A stretch of 60,678 bases of DNA, counting the filler, from Sphacelaria rigidula (Eukaryota), in the NCBI GenBank assembly GCA_964200075.2. It is 5 parts of 5 records of this genome, joined end to end, with 100 filler letters (N's around TTAATTAATTAA, not from the genome) between each part and the next. Parts side by side here need not be neighbours in the genome. Positions count along the whole stretch, not along the records: positions 36,469 to 48,523 come from CAXNAA020004183.1; positions 48,624 to 60,678 come from CAXNAA020004184.1; 3 more parts are not named here. The stretch is one strand, 5' to 3'. Each line of letters opens with the position of its first letter. Positions within the stretch are counted from its first letter, which is position 1. The translations under genes were made by a program, and so were the position numbers. The notes under the pieces are model-generated. The model was given only the letters and a program-made list of their open reading frames with translations, ran no database searches and had not been told where the DNA came from. Shown piece after piece: positions 37,401 to 50,426 of this stretch.

Positions 37401-37766
37401 TCGCCCCGGTGGCTCAGTTGGTAACCTCGGAACCCTCTGACGGTTGGGTTGTGGGTTCAATCCTCGGAGCGATTGGGATTTTTTCTCACACAGAATCCAA
37501 CAGTGAACAGCGACTACGTCGTGGGTACACAAAATTCGACTTAGCGATCGATGAGGGAAATAAACTGTTGAACCCCTCTCGCGATAAAAGTAAAAGGCAA
37601 GCACCGCAGAAGGAAGGTTGGGACTAAAAGCAAAAGAAGAAAGAAAAATCTCCTGTGTTGACCTTCCTCCTGTGTGACCCCGGCTGGTGCGCCCACACAT
37701 ACCGAAAGGTGTATACTGGTGTCCAGAATAAATGGGACGACATCACACACACACACCACACACACA
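37401..37766 (+). mobile_element. tRNA-derived SINE with (CA)n tail
   Basis: Pol III A-box-like ggtggctcagttggt (~37408) and B-box-like gggttcaatcc (~37453), a ~290-bp body and a terminal cacacacacacaccacacacaca tail. Confidence 0.75.
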
Positions 37767-37806
37767 GTTGGGTAGGTTAATCGATGGGAGGTACATGCTC
37801 AGGTCA

Positions 37807-38416
37807 TGAGGCTGTGTTTGAATTGAACCTATACCCGTACCTCCCCGAGGTATATACCTGTGCTCATACCTGCAATCGGGTATATCTACAACGGTATGCC
37901 CTAACCCCGGGTAGGCGTATGGCAGGCTTACAGAGCTCACAGAACTGTCGGGCACCGGTATTGGAGGAAAGTTTTACAGAAACTAGAAACTTGTCGGCTA
38001 CGGTATATGAGGCTTACAGAAACCGGTACCGGCAATCGGGTATTTCTTCATGAGCATACCTACGCTCTGGTTACGGATAAACATTCTGTACAGAACTCAC
38101 AGAACTGTCGGGTAAGGGTATGGGAGGCTTATACAACTCACAAAAACTGTCGTCTAGGGTATGGAGGTTGCACAGAAAACCATACCCGCAATCAGGTATC
38201 TCACAAGAGCGTACACGTGCCCCCCGGTAACAGTACAGTAGTCTTGCAGAGATTATAGAACTATCAGTTAAGGGTATGAAAGTCTTTCAGAGGTTACGAA
38301 ACTGTCGGGTATCGATATGAAAGTCCTGCAGAAGTCACAGAACTGTCGGGTACGGTAAATACCCGGCAAAATACCCCGGGTATACAGAAATCCGTACCCT
38401 ACCGAACACAACCTTG
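37807..38416 (+). mobile_element. TIR/tandem-unit element (family copy D)
   Basis: Degenerate left end tgaggctgtgtttg, right end ccctaccgaacacaaccttg, and repeated acagaactcacagaactgtcgggta... units. Confidence 0.78.
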
Positions 38417-38427
38417 GAAATTTCGAT

Positions 38428-40170
38428 CACCTGACCGTTTTTTACTGAAAATCCGTGTTTGGCCTGATCGGTGTCCATGAGTAGAGCAAGGCATTCCAAG
38501 GCGTCAGCGTCCGCCTAGCTCTTATTTCAGGCGTAAAACGAAGGAGAAGGGCCAAAAAAGGCAGTTTCAAACAGGAATTTGAACGGCGCCCATTGGAGTC
38601 GGTCTTAGGCCAACTTTAATCAGAGCCCTTCAAAATCCCTGTTGAACACTACCTTGTGGGCCCTTCTCCGTGGATTTACGCCCGAAAAGAGGGCTAAGCG
38701 GATGTTGATGCCTTGGAATGACTTACTGTACTCATTGAGACCGTTCCAGGGCAACTTTATATTTCCTGCTGGCCGCAGCTTTGTTCTAGGCCAAATACGG
38801 ATTTTCAATTAAAAAACGGTCAGGTGTTCAAAATACTGGCAGTTACCCCCCTGTTTTTTTCATCACTTGACCGTTGTTTACTGAAAATGCGTGTTTGGCC
38901 AAAAATAAAGCTGCGGCCAGCGAGAAGTACAAAGTTGCCTTGGAACGGCCTCAACGAGTGGAGTAAGACATTTCAAGCCGTCAACATCTGCCTAGCCCTC
39001 TTTTCAGGCGTGAATCGACGGAGAAGGGCCAACAAGGCAGTTTTCAGCAGGAACTTTGAACGGCTCCCATTAGAGTTGGTCGTAGGGCGTGTCGTGTCGT
39101 GTCTTATTAGCACCTTTTTTTTCGATCGAAAAAATGGTGCGGTGGAATCGATTTGAGCGAAATTCGCTCATTTTTGTCGAGTTGGGTCCAAGCGAATGTT
39201 CAAGCTTTCGATCGAAAAAAGACTGGAATTCGTTATGCGGTACATGGTCGCTCGTGTATAGTATAGGCAATCTGTTCTGCACTGCTTTGAAGCAGTGTAT
39301 CTTGAGTGCGTGTGTGCGTGTTTCGTACAGGAGAATAAAAAAGAGAAGCGGGCAAGGTGCAGTGCAGACAGCCCAGGACTATCAGTTCTCTCTGCTTACA
39401 ATGACAATGCAACGTGAAAAGGACTTCAACAATGTGCAGCTTTGTACTACCTGCACTGTCCATGAGCGTGGACGCAACTCGGTTACCCACCGTACCACGC
39501 AGTTCCGTCGCTGATCCCTACCATGAAGGAAAATGCGTAAGTTCTCGCCAATAAAAAACAAACAAAGCATACCCAACTTCTGCAGTGTATCTACCCTGTG
39601 CTCAACTCGTACTCTACGCTGCAGGGTCGTGGTGGTATCTGAGAATGAGTCGGATGGAGTTTGCATGGTTCTGTGAACGGGTGTATCTGGCGTGGTGGTC
39701 TGTAAGATAAGAGTCAAGTGCCGCTTCGTGCCTTTCGACCGCATGTTTTCGATCGAAAAAACTTAGCTTCATTCTTTTGTAGTTTTTCTTCGCGCGCCAC
39801 TTGTTACAAGTTTGAGTTGAAGCCTTCTAGGAACAGAAATACGGTGGATCTGTCAGATCGAAAAAACAGAGTAGACCGCACTTCTTCGATCGAAAAAAAG
39901 TGCGAAGATGCGCCCTTAGGCTACGTGTTATGTATCAAGAAAGAAAACTCGTTGAAAAGTGCATTTTTGGCCCCCTTCCGTCGTTTTTCCCCCGAAAAGA
40001 AGGGTAGGCTGATGTTGACACCTTGAAATGACTTGCTCTACTCGCTGAAACCGTTCAAGAGCACCTTCGCGTTTTCCGCACGTCACAGTTCCGTTTTTGG
40101 TCAAACTCGCATTTTCAGTATCAAACGGTCAAGTTATGAAAAAAATGGCATTTCCCCCCCCTGTTTTTTA
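38428..40170. repeat. Foldback-like array: four ~200-bp units in +,-,+,- orientation
   Basis: The unit tgaccgttttttactgaaaatccgtgtttggcc...gcctagc.ct.tttcaggcgt...ggagaagggcc occurs at 38432-38609 (+), 38610-38826 (-), 38863-39088 (+) and ~39915-40135 (-). Inner ttcgatcgaaaaaa motifs are also inverted (39116-39225 vs 39745-39905). Confidence 0.8.
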
Positions 40171-40234
40171 ACGTTTCTCGTCCGGTCTGTTCTCTTGACT
40201 ACACTGAACGTTTTTGGGTGTTGTTGCCCCGCAG

Positions 40235-43200
40235 GCGAACGTGCGAACATGTGTTGAAGATGCTCTCCAAGGGGCGTCGCTGCAAGCGACGGACCTCGCG
40301 GCAGTTGGCATCACCAACCAGCGCGAGAGCACACTGGTGTGGGACAAGAACACAGGGAAGCCTCTGTATAACTTAATCGTGTGGAACGACGTACGGACCG
40401 AGAGCATCTGCAGGTATAGTGCAAGACCAGTATCTCAAAGTACAGCGCTTAGTTCGCTGTGTTGGAGGTAAAAAAAGGGTTTTCGCCAGGTTGAGAATCT
40501 ACCGTTCGAGAGTGAGAACCCAAAGAGTACGAAATCCTAATCCGTCAATCGACTGGTGTTTCTTGGGGAACACTCAGCGGAGCAAGAGGAGGAGCGACTC
40601 GAATGAAAGTTCCAAGCCGAGGGAGGAATCCAATGTTTATTTTCATTGCACTGACCTCGACAACTAGCAGGAATCTAGACCTCAAGATTTCCAAAAAGGG
40701 TGTAAGAATGCCTGAACAAGCTTCGCTGCCGAAATGCCTCTTCCAGCCTTATACGCTTCCTGTAGTAGCTTGTAGGGAGCGACGTGTAGCTGTAAGCACA
40801 CGAAATGATCACAGGCAGAACAAACACACACACACACATAATATAAAATTGGTCAAGTTAGAGCGAGTCATAAAATTCACTCCCAATCAACTCTAGACAC
40901 TCAATCTGGCGAAAGTCCTATTAAATGTACAGTAATGACTTCGTGCATCCGAGCGTTCTTAGTCCCGCGCAAGTCATGCGCGAAATACTTATCAAGCAAG
41001 GGAGAGAACGTGTGAGTAGCCGATCCGTCAATTCAAGGTGCGTTTGAGCCTTGATTATTTGAGATGAAAGCGCAAGAAGAACACGTGAGGGTCAGACGTG
41101 CTTGGAAGGCTCGTTCCGGTAGTGCCGTACATCACAGCAAATGCATATCATACCCTGGGAGCTTGGTGGGCGGAGACATTATAACAGCATACGTCCGGAA
41201 CGGTGACCTGAACCGCCGATCAATTCTTCGTGTTTGTGCAGGTAGATACAGTGGAGAATTTCAGGTAGCGCCACCGCTCAGGAACCTCTTATTTAGTGTG
41301 AGGCTTGAGTTCCTATCTCCTCCGTGGGCTTCCAGCAGCCACTCTGTAGATTTCATTGCCGCGTTCTTACTCAGGAATCGTAGTCTGTCCTCAAGTGTTC
41401 ATATCTTGAGTTTCTGAGGCTCAGGTTCTCACCTGCCAAGTTCAAAGTCTCAAGTGGTGACGCTACCTTTAGGGCTGAAAGTTTGGGGAGATTCGGAACG
41501 GCTGCACGGCTGTACAGTACTGCTTCTATACTGCTCTGTAAGGACTGATATTGCTGCAGTCGACGGATAACACGGATGCTGAGTACGGATGCAAGCGCCC
41601 GCGGATCCTCGCATAGATACTGGGGGAATTTGGATGATGGATGACGCCATGGCCGACCACATGAAGTTCGACGACGGTTCTCCCGTCGATGTGGTGTCTT
41701 GGAGATACCTTGGAGAGCTGCGGTCAAAAGCGACTGCATTGGGAGAGGAACATCTAACCACGGCGGAGGTAGCTGGCGGGGATCTCGGAAAGATTCTCGT
41801 TCTCCAAGCAGCTGACAAAATTCGAGTGCGATGCACAAGACTCTAGTGCCCATGGGGACTTTGTTGCCCCTGCGGCGCTCCCGGGAGCGGCAGCGGCAGC
41901 TCCTCACTCATTCATGCATTCAACCCCGGTTTCGTGGTGACAGCTGAGCCCGCGCCATGACTCGCACTCCCGGTAGCCGTAACATCGTCCGTCTTTTCGC
42001 TGGCACCGCCACCGACGACGGGTGAATATTAGCCGGTCTTCAGGCAGCCGGGGTTTGACGGACAGGCGGCAGAAGAGTTATGATTGCAACGGGAAGCAAA
42101 CCACAGGGCTCGCTGTGATGTGTCGACGAAAGTGAAAATTCGTCACCTGGATATTGGGTGGCACGATGTTGCACCCGATGACCAGGAACGAGCCGCAGGC
42201 CTCTTGAAAGACGCGCTCTTCGTGACGCCGACCATTTGAGCCTTGCTGGTGGAGATGGGCGGGCTTCAAGTCGCGGATTTAGGGCCGCGAAGCAACTTTG
42301 CCACGCCGCATTAATGTGAAATTCTGTGCTCGATCGGCTGGGGCTTGTCGAGTACACGACTTGCATGATGTTGGGCGCTAGACTGCAGGTTGGCGGTCAG
42401 CACAGAAGTACGGAAGCAGCGGTTTGCAGTGATCGTGGAAGATGCCTAAATGCGGCGTTCAACGCATTTGCTTTGTGCAGAGGAGTGTGCAAAGCGGAAC
42501 ACTGTTAAATCCCTTTCCGTTTTTCTACCCAGGGTGAAGCGGAGCTGTCTGCGTTTCTCATGTGCTGTACTGACTTGAAAAAAACAAAATGATCACTTCC
42601 CCCTACGCCTGCCTTGCTCTCCTCCGCCCCCGACTACCGCGAGACTGGGGATGGTAGTGTCGGGGACACCCAACTCAACCAGAAAAGGAACGACACAACT
42701 GCACGCAAAAATTCGAATGCCGTGTTCCATAGACTAGCCTGTGTACTGTGTACTGTGTACCGTGTCTGTTGTGATGCAGCTGTAGGCTAACCGGTGGGCT
42801 CCGTCGACAGTTTTAAGCTCCTGCAGAACCCACACCGGGATCCAAGCTCACCCCCGCAGCTGCGGATTTTCACCCCGACTTGAGACACTGTCACGGAAAC
42901 CGTGTTAATGGAGGTGAGACACGAGTGAGTACGTGTCAGATTCGACGAACTGGAGCAAGCGACCGACGCGGGCTGGGATGGCTGCACCCTGTCCGTGAGA
43001 CGGGAACCAAAGGCATGCAATGAGACAGACACACCAAGGGGAGAATCAGAACAAGTAATGTATTACTAGCACGCAAGATGAAAAGGAAGGCAAGACTAAC
43101 AAGGCGGGCAGAGCAAAGAGGAAGGAATATATGTAGATAAAGTTAGAGCTAGGTCACGGATGGGGGAGCTCACAATGGCGTGGGACAGAACGGGGCCGAC

Positions 43201-46200
43201 CACGCCGAGGTAGTATTGCGATAATGCAAAGCGAGGTTACCTCATCGTCGGCGAGCGTGGACTAGGTAGACCTAAGTTCTCTGCCGCGCGATATCGCATC
43301 TTCTGCTGCGGTATGGAAGGGTGTCAGTTAGGGAAGGGCGGGGCAATATGAGGTTGGGCTGCCGATCAAGGAGTCGATCAACAAGGTTATGGAGACGCAG
43401 GCATTCATCAGCGAGTGGCTCATGTTGATGATCTTCAACTCGGAAGGCAACTCGACCGTGTCATGTTTGTAATCGACCATTTTCCTACGGACTCTCCGAC
43501 TCTAGATTCGAGAGCGATATGATCTGGATTGACTTGGATGACAGTGTTCATAAAGTTGCCAACAGCGGTCGCCTGCATGTTTTCATAGATGCTAATGCTC
43601 GGAGTGGGTAACGAAAAAAAGAGAAAAAAACACAAGGTGGTAGGGGCATACAGCATGGATTTCCGGGCCAGCGACAGCAGTGGTATTGCGTTATGACCCG
43701 GTGGTCTCATTGTCCGACTGTCAGCATTAGGTTGGAGAGAACGTGGGTTCGATTCCCAATGCATTGAAGTTTTTGTTTCAAGTATCTGATTTCCACCGTC
43801 GAAAGCGTGAGTACGTGAGTGAACAAAAATACGTAAGTACACAAAAAGTTGTTGACTGAGTATGTCAGACGAGAGTTGGCGCGGTGCGGAAGTGCTGACC
43901 CAATCCGTGAGATGAAAATGCAAGGCATGTGCCGGGGAAAGATGAGTTGATCCCTTAAGACCACGAACTCGTCCCGAGGAAGGGAAGTCTGCCAAGAAAA
44001 GAAAAATGCTGCAACTAACTTATAGATGACGGCAGGCTTGCCGTGGTCGACACGCTTGTTGCTGCTCCCAAGGGAGGCGTGTCACGTACGTTCACCGGCA
44101 TCGCGAGCCGTCTCCTGGAGAAGAAGCGTGTTGACTACATCAGTATCTGGCAACCCTACAGCAGCCTCGTTTGAAATGTCATCATCCACGTCCTAACCAC
44201 CCAACGCTCCATACTTGGATTACAACATCGTAAGTTCCACAGTTCGGCCTCTCAGCCGGGTTCGCACGCAACAAATATCGGCGAACGCCCACCGGGCGCA
44301 AATCCATTAAAAGGCGGGCAATAGCGAGTGGCCCCGACGGTGGTGAGCAAGTCGTGCAGCTTTTTGTCGGCGAGCTTCAATAGGGCAAACCCGGAGATAC
44401 TGCCGGTCAATTGGCTGCAATGTTTCCCCACATCCTTCTCAGATCCTCCGGTACGGTGATGCCATGTGCGACCCTACAGCTCCAGGGACAAGAGTGCTAT
44501 GAGGATCCTGCGATCCGAGCCGTGTTCAACCAAATCTCGAATGAGCGGGGGAAAGCGAGGTTTGCGATATGAGTATGATCGAGAGGTAGCCCCGCGTGGT
44601 GTACCCTCGATACAACATGCAAGAGGCCCAAAGAGGTGACACAAGCCGGGTTGGACAGATACATGAATATATATATATGCGAAGGAACTGAAGAAGGATA
44701 TGAGAAATGGGGACACCACAGGGTATCACGGGCATCTGAATGGACGACGGACAGTAGCGGGAAGAAAAATGGAGAGCAAGCCGTGTATCAAGGAAAATTA
44801 CCGCGGCGCAAATGCCCAGCCTGTGAGACATAGTAACGGTACTTCCCCTCTGTATTGAAAAGACAACTAGGCAACTGTTTTACTGAACCGTCATCGAAAA
44901 TATCCCGCAACCGCTGAAAGCTGTCAGTCGGAGATCCGTCAATCCTGGATGAAAGAGAGGAGGTGCCGGGAGGTACGGCTAGTGGCAACGCAAAGGGACC
45001 GGATGAGCTACCTGTTGAACTCCTTAAGCTTGTATTGATCGAGGTGCCTCGAGAGATCCTGCACCACTTCTACAGCGTCATCGTCCCCGTTTGGACGTCT
45101 ATAGAGGTGCCGTACGAGTGAAGAGATGACAGTATCAAAGTGCTCCACACAAACGAGGGTATACCGAGTATGGTATCTATAGGAACATCTATGTATCTCG
45201 TCACGCATGCTGGTGGAGTTATCCTCAAAATTGTAGCTGACGGGCTCGCTAGTCTCTACGAGAAGTCGGAGATTCCCCCGGCAGAATAGGGCGGAGTCCG
45301 GCCCACACGATCGACCGCCAGTAGGATGTTCGTATAGTAGCACGTCGACTACAGGGGTTGAGACGGGCGAGGAATATCCCACTGGGCACGTGGTTGATCG
45401 ACCCGCAAGAGGCGTACGACGTCATAAACTGCACGCTTCAGTGAGAAGTACTCGCCCGTTCCGGAGTCTCGCCGCTAGTGATCAAGGTCGTTCGCATGTT
45501 TTACGATGTCGATGCGGAGTGGATTTACGCCTGGGGGTTAGGAATGCGTTTCGTCCTCGATGCTGTTGAACGTTTTCGGCGTAGCAATGGTCGATGTGGT
45601 CGTGACGCGTTTCGTGGCAGACCCGGCCATCGCCCCAGACTTGGTAAATCCAGATGGTGCGCCAGAAAGCGAGAATGGTAGACCCCGCTGAAGACGGAGC
45701 GGCCCACGATATGGGGAATGCTGCACGCGGATCACGCCGGCATAGTCTCGAGGTTCTCAGACGGGCTTGCTCGGATGGTGCCTGTGGTGATGGGTGGTCT
45801 GCAGGAGTTCGGACTAATGGCATCGGAGAACAAGACGAGGTCCACGCAGGCGCGTTCCAGCCGCCTAGATACCGCACTGTACATCATGCGGCAAGGCAGC
45901 GGTGCAAGCAGACGGCAGAGTTTGTTTACCTTGGTGGTGCTGTCAGGGCACACGCGAATGTTTTTTTCGAAACCAAGCGCCGTATCAGCCCTGCATGGAC
46001 ACGGCTCCGAAAGTGTAGTCCCCAACTCTACGATCGATCCAGCGCCCAGCTTTCTGTCAGAACCGGGCTGCTCAAAGCAGAGGTGGTGGAAGCCATGGTG
46101 TACGGTTGTGCTACATGGACGCTACGCCCAGAGGAATTTGAAAACGTGCGCACTGCTAATCACAAGCTTGCACTGCGAGCAGCTGGCTTCCGCTGGAAGG

Positions 46201-48056
46201 GTCACAGTGCATACAAGAGTCTTTGATACAGAGCTGTGCTCGAGATGGCCCAATGCGAATGTATCAAGACGGCCACCAGCATAGCGCCAAATTTGGTTTG
46301 CGAGGACCGTTTTCCGGTAGGGCGAGACCCGTCTTCCAAGTCGTCTTCGGACGGTTGGTCGCACAAGGGCCCAAGGAGTCTGGCCGCTCGCCCAAACACT
46401 GGGGGCCGCCTCCAGAAAAGTCTGCGTGCCTTAGGGGCTATCCCACCAAAGCGAGAGCGAAGGAAAGGGTTTGTCTACGGCATGGAGGTCGAAGGACATG
46501 GGTAAATGGCACCTAGGGGTCGCGAAAAGTCTGCCCTGTCTTCGGCTGTGAGTCCCTTCTCTCCATCCTTTTTTTCTTTCTCTATCCCCTTCTCCCTTTC
46601 CATTTGTCCTTCCTTCCGTCTTTCCTTTCTTCGTCGCATTAGTTCTTTGTGCCTCGCTCCTGCAGAGCTCGTGGGTCACAACTCCTGCTCGAGTAGTGTG
46701 GCTCATAGACATCTGAGTCGCAAGTTTGCCTTCACGACATCGTTTTGCCTTGTTTTGTTTGATTTTTTTCTTGTATGGCCTTCTTACCTGAAGTTACGCA
46801 ACCGAGCCCCCCCCCCCCCATCCCCCGAGATCGGTGCCATGTACTCTGATTATTAGCTTGTGTTTCTCTTCCATTTGCATTTTACTCTGTTCTCTCATCT
46901 ACTCTTTTCTCGAGCTCCTTTGACGCAAATGTCTCCGATCATGAATTAAACAACTTGAATATCTCGATTTTGTGACCGCAACTGGATTCATGGCGACACA
47001 CTTTCTGTCGATGTGCTGCAACCAACCGATCAATCAATCAACCAATCAGATATGTCAGATGAATCAGTATAGTCAATCAGTCAACGCGCTTGTCACTTGC
47101 GATCGATAGAGCTTACCCCCAGTCTCTCTCCTCGAATCCACAGCTTATGCATACTCAGGCCGTAGTGTTGGTGCTGGCATTCAGACATCGATGCTCGTTA
47201 GCGTACTCAGTGCACAGTGTACTATACGTCGTCATTGCTCCAGGGCTGTACCTTAAGCTTTGAGATTTTTGGGGCTATGAGTCGTGAAGGTTGGGATTCG
47301 GATATCCGCCTCCTCAGTCCTGTATACGCTCCACGCCAACCATCGTTCTTCCGTCATTCCCCCTTGTCACCGTGGTTCTCGTTGTTCTTCAAAATCGCAA
47401 TGCATGCAACGATGGTCTCCGTCAATCACAGAGAGCTCAAAGGAAAAGGAGGGGCAGACCGATTCCGGGAACGTACGGGGCTACCGATCTCCCCGTACTT
47501 CAGCGCCACCAAGTTGCTATGGCTGATGAAAAACGTGCCCGGCCTGGAGGTAGCTGCGGTCAAGTGAGTCGCAATATATCACTCCAAAAGTAGCATTCAT
47601 TGTTCAAAGTGCACACATTTTCTAGTTCGAGGACTCGTGATCTGTTGAGGCGGAAGATGGCTGTATTGATGAGCATTTTATGGGCCGGACAACGGATGCA
47701 AGAAGGAGTAAGAACGTGTGGCCAGAGGACAGGGCATGCCCGAGACAGGGCGGGGGGGGGGGGAAGCAGTGGTCGATGAACCCCACAAAAAATCCCCGTA
47801 AACTACTTATCGTAATCAACCTCGACAACGTTTGAATAAGCGCACAAACCGCTTCATATCTAATTTACCCTTCCCGCTGGCAAATTCGTCGTGTTTTTCG
47901 TAGGGGTGACGCCATATTCGGAACTATGGACTCGTATCTCATGTGGAAGCTCACCGGCGGGAAGCTTCACATCAGTGACGTCACCAATGCCAGTCGCACG
48001 CTACTTATGTCCCTCAAGGGCTTGCACTGGGATGAGAGCATCTTGCAGGAGTTAGG
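40235..48056 (+). CDS. GK: Glycerol kinase (FGGY family), partial: three internal exons
   Basis: Exons 40235-40413 ([33 protein letters not shown]), 47432-47563 ([22 protein letters not shown]) and 47904-48056 ([35 protein letters not shown]...WDESIL) splice in frame and carry diagnostic glycerol kinase motifs. The 5' and 3' exons were not found in the contig. Confidence 0.93.
42780..47085 (+). mobile_element. Decayed near-full-length RTE-like LINE (APE endonuclease + RT) inside the glycerol kinase intron
   Basis: APE-like remnants at ~43150-43690 ([44 protein letters not shown]) and ~44010-44200 ([22 protein letters not shown]...RVDYI). RT remnants at ~44980-46250 ([38 protein letters not shown] in place of [28 protein letters not shown]). 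A pyrimidine-rich 3' UTR and (ATCA)n tail end at ~47030-47085. Many stops and frameshifts. The 5' boundary is approximate. Confidence 0.88.
43695..44006 (+). mobile_element. tRNA-derived SINE nested in the LINE endonuclease region
   Basis: A-box-like acccggtggtctcattg, B-box-like gggttcgattccc and an A-rich tail aagaaaagaaaaa. LINE-like peptide stops just before it and resumes just after it. Confidence 0.72.
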
Positions 48057-48523
48057 GTGAGCTTCCCCCGGCTGGATTCAAATATCTTTGGTTCGTCCGT
48101 GTTAACACCTGCCTGAAAATAAGAATAAAAATGAAGTGTTGGTTGGGTTGCATTTTCACCGTAGATCCCTCTGTACTCAGCTCTAATTTGACAAGGCAAG
48201 CCTCGAAAGTTGATAGTTTCCAGGTGCCAAAAACGGTTCGTGCTGTACGTCACGGTGAACATCGCGGCAAACAGTACACGCCGTGCAATATTGCACCGAA
48301 CACAAGTTTCCTTCCTGCTCCCCCTTTCCCCTCCCCTGGTCCGGCGAGAACCCGGCGTGCTCCGTCCCGGCTTTGTAGGGGCGGACCCCCGATGGGGCTG
48401 TCGGTTGGCGATGACGCTATAAAACACGCCACTCACTACGGAAGCTAGGCAACCAGGTCACCGGGGTTTTTTGGCGCGCTTGCGTTTTTTTATGCGGTAA
48501 CCATGATGGTAGTCGAGCTAGAT

Positions 48524-48623
48524 NNNNNNNNNNNNNNNNNNNNNNNNNNNNNNNNNNNNNNNNNNNNTTAATTAATTAANNNNNNNNNNNNNNNNNNNNN
48601 NNNNNNNNNNNNNNNNNNNNNNN
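48524..48623. other. Artificial contig-joining spacer
   Basis: 44 N + TTAATTAATTAA + 44 N. Confidence 0.98.
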
Positions 48624-50426
48624 GGGAAAGCACTGTTTTAGGCTTGAGCCTCATCTCGAAGTTAAACCTCAATTCGCACAATTTGTTGTTAGGTGAACTA
48701 ATACGATATACTGAGTATTAACTTGCAATAACGCTACTGAGTCAGACGTTTGCGAACTCTTGTGGTATATATCTTTACTCGTGTTCTCGATCACGCCTCA
48801 TTACACTTTGTGCCTGAGCCACGACCAGACAGCCACAACATGGTCATTTTGACCGTGACGGGTGAACTAGCGGTGATCGCGTCACCATCACACCCCATCG
48901 TGTGGGTATGACAATTCTACAAGCCGAAGCGCAACTGAAAGATGCAGGAAAGAAACATGTACACCCGCCGCATCCCCAAGAGTGGGGCGAAATTTCCAAC
49001 AGCCCGTGCCCATCTACCATGGCGTCTTCAGTCATTCTCGACCATGGTAAATACGTTCAACTAGAACGGGCAAATTGTCAACTATTTCGTCACCGTTTCA
49101 CCTACAGTAATTGTTGTCGACACGAGGAGGTGCAAAATGGCCGTCAAATCTCATTGTGTGCTATTTGGGGAACGGGTTTCAACCACAGATTATTTTTCTG
49201 GGGTGATCGGTACACACACATGCATTAACACCTGTGTTCGCCTTGTCTTCATCCTCTTCCGAGATATGTGCAGTATTATCAGCGTCACGGCATGGTTCGT
49301 GCCGATTCTTCACCGTTCTTCATTATTGTCCGTGTGTGCCCTTTGTTCGATCTCCAGATCATTTGATTTGTAAATAAACACACCGCGCGTCGATACAGGA
49401 GGCGTATTTGTAACCGTCAAGTCCACGTCGTGTGTGCAAATGTTTTCCAAGGGGGCATCGCCACTTGGGAGGGACACCGGACCGACGGGGAAGCCATGCT
49501 TTGCTCGTCGTCGCGTGGCTGAGTTGAGGATGTTAACTAGACCGGCCGTACACACAAAGCTGGGTTGAGATTGGTAACTTGACCGTCCTTGAAGCTTTCT
49601 TCAAATGAGACCAGGTTTTCTAGAAAGGTCGGACCAAGGTTTCGAATCAGTTAATGAGGACGTATTTTCTCCCTCGGGGCATTGCCAATACTTGAACTCT
49701 GCATTTGAGCCCCGTGTCATAAACTGCCCCCCGGGAAGAATCAAACCGCCCTTGAAAAGCTCGAACTAGACATGAACGAGTTGGGCTCACGAAACTATGC
49801 AACGACAGCACAGCACAAAGTAGGCGGTACGGAAAGCATCACGAGGCATTACGAATTACTGTATACCTTCATTTTCCCCATAAGAGTACTTGTACACATA
49901 CCATATCGGTACTGCAACGTCCTCAACAGTAGCCCATACGGTGGTCGTCACATACGAGTAGTCCCGGGAGTTTATATGCAATGTACAGACCTCATCGACC
50001 ACAACCTCCCACAGTTGACGTGGGATACTATTCACGCTCCCTGTGTGGCAAAAAATCCACATACATCATCGACTACAACCACAATCTACGCGAGATAAGC
50101 ACCTCATGTGTTGCTCGATTTATCTTCACGCCGCCAGAAACATGTCTCGATTGCCCCTACACACTTGGCTGGTCATCTGCTCGCCACCCTAGGCACTGTA
50201 CTTATATTTAGATGACAAAAAACAGGAGCAAATTTCTCCGGGAACCAGCCCCTCCCTCCATGTGCTGATATCATGAGGGGAAATGTCAGTCGAAGGATAT
50301 ACCGACGGTACCGCCAGCCGTTATAGACTCGACAATGAGACCACTCGAGCGCTAATTCGACAGCATCGAATACGCCAGAATTCTGTGTTTCTATTCCGAA
50401 GCGCGAGCAACATAGCAAGCTGCACA

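Noticed and set aside
37401..37475. Functional tRNA gene (also 43695 and 51087)
   Set aside because: A and B boxes are present, but I could not fold a full cloverleaf with an acceptor stem, and each continues into a body and simple-repeat tail typical of SINEs.
36180..40235. ORF at 36180 as the transit-peptide exon of glycerol kinase
   Set aside because: It lies across the 36369-36468 spacer, on a different contig.
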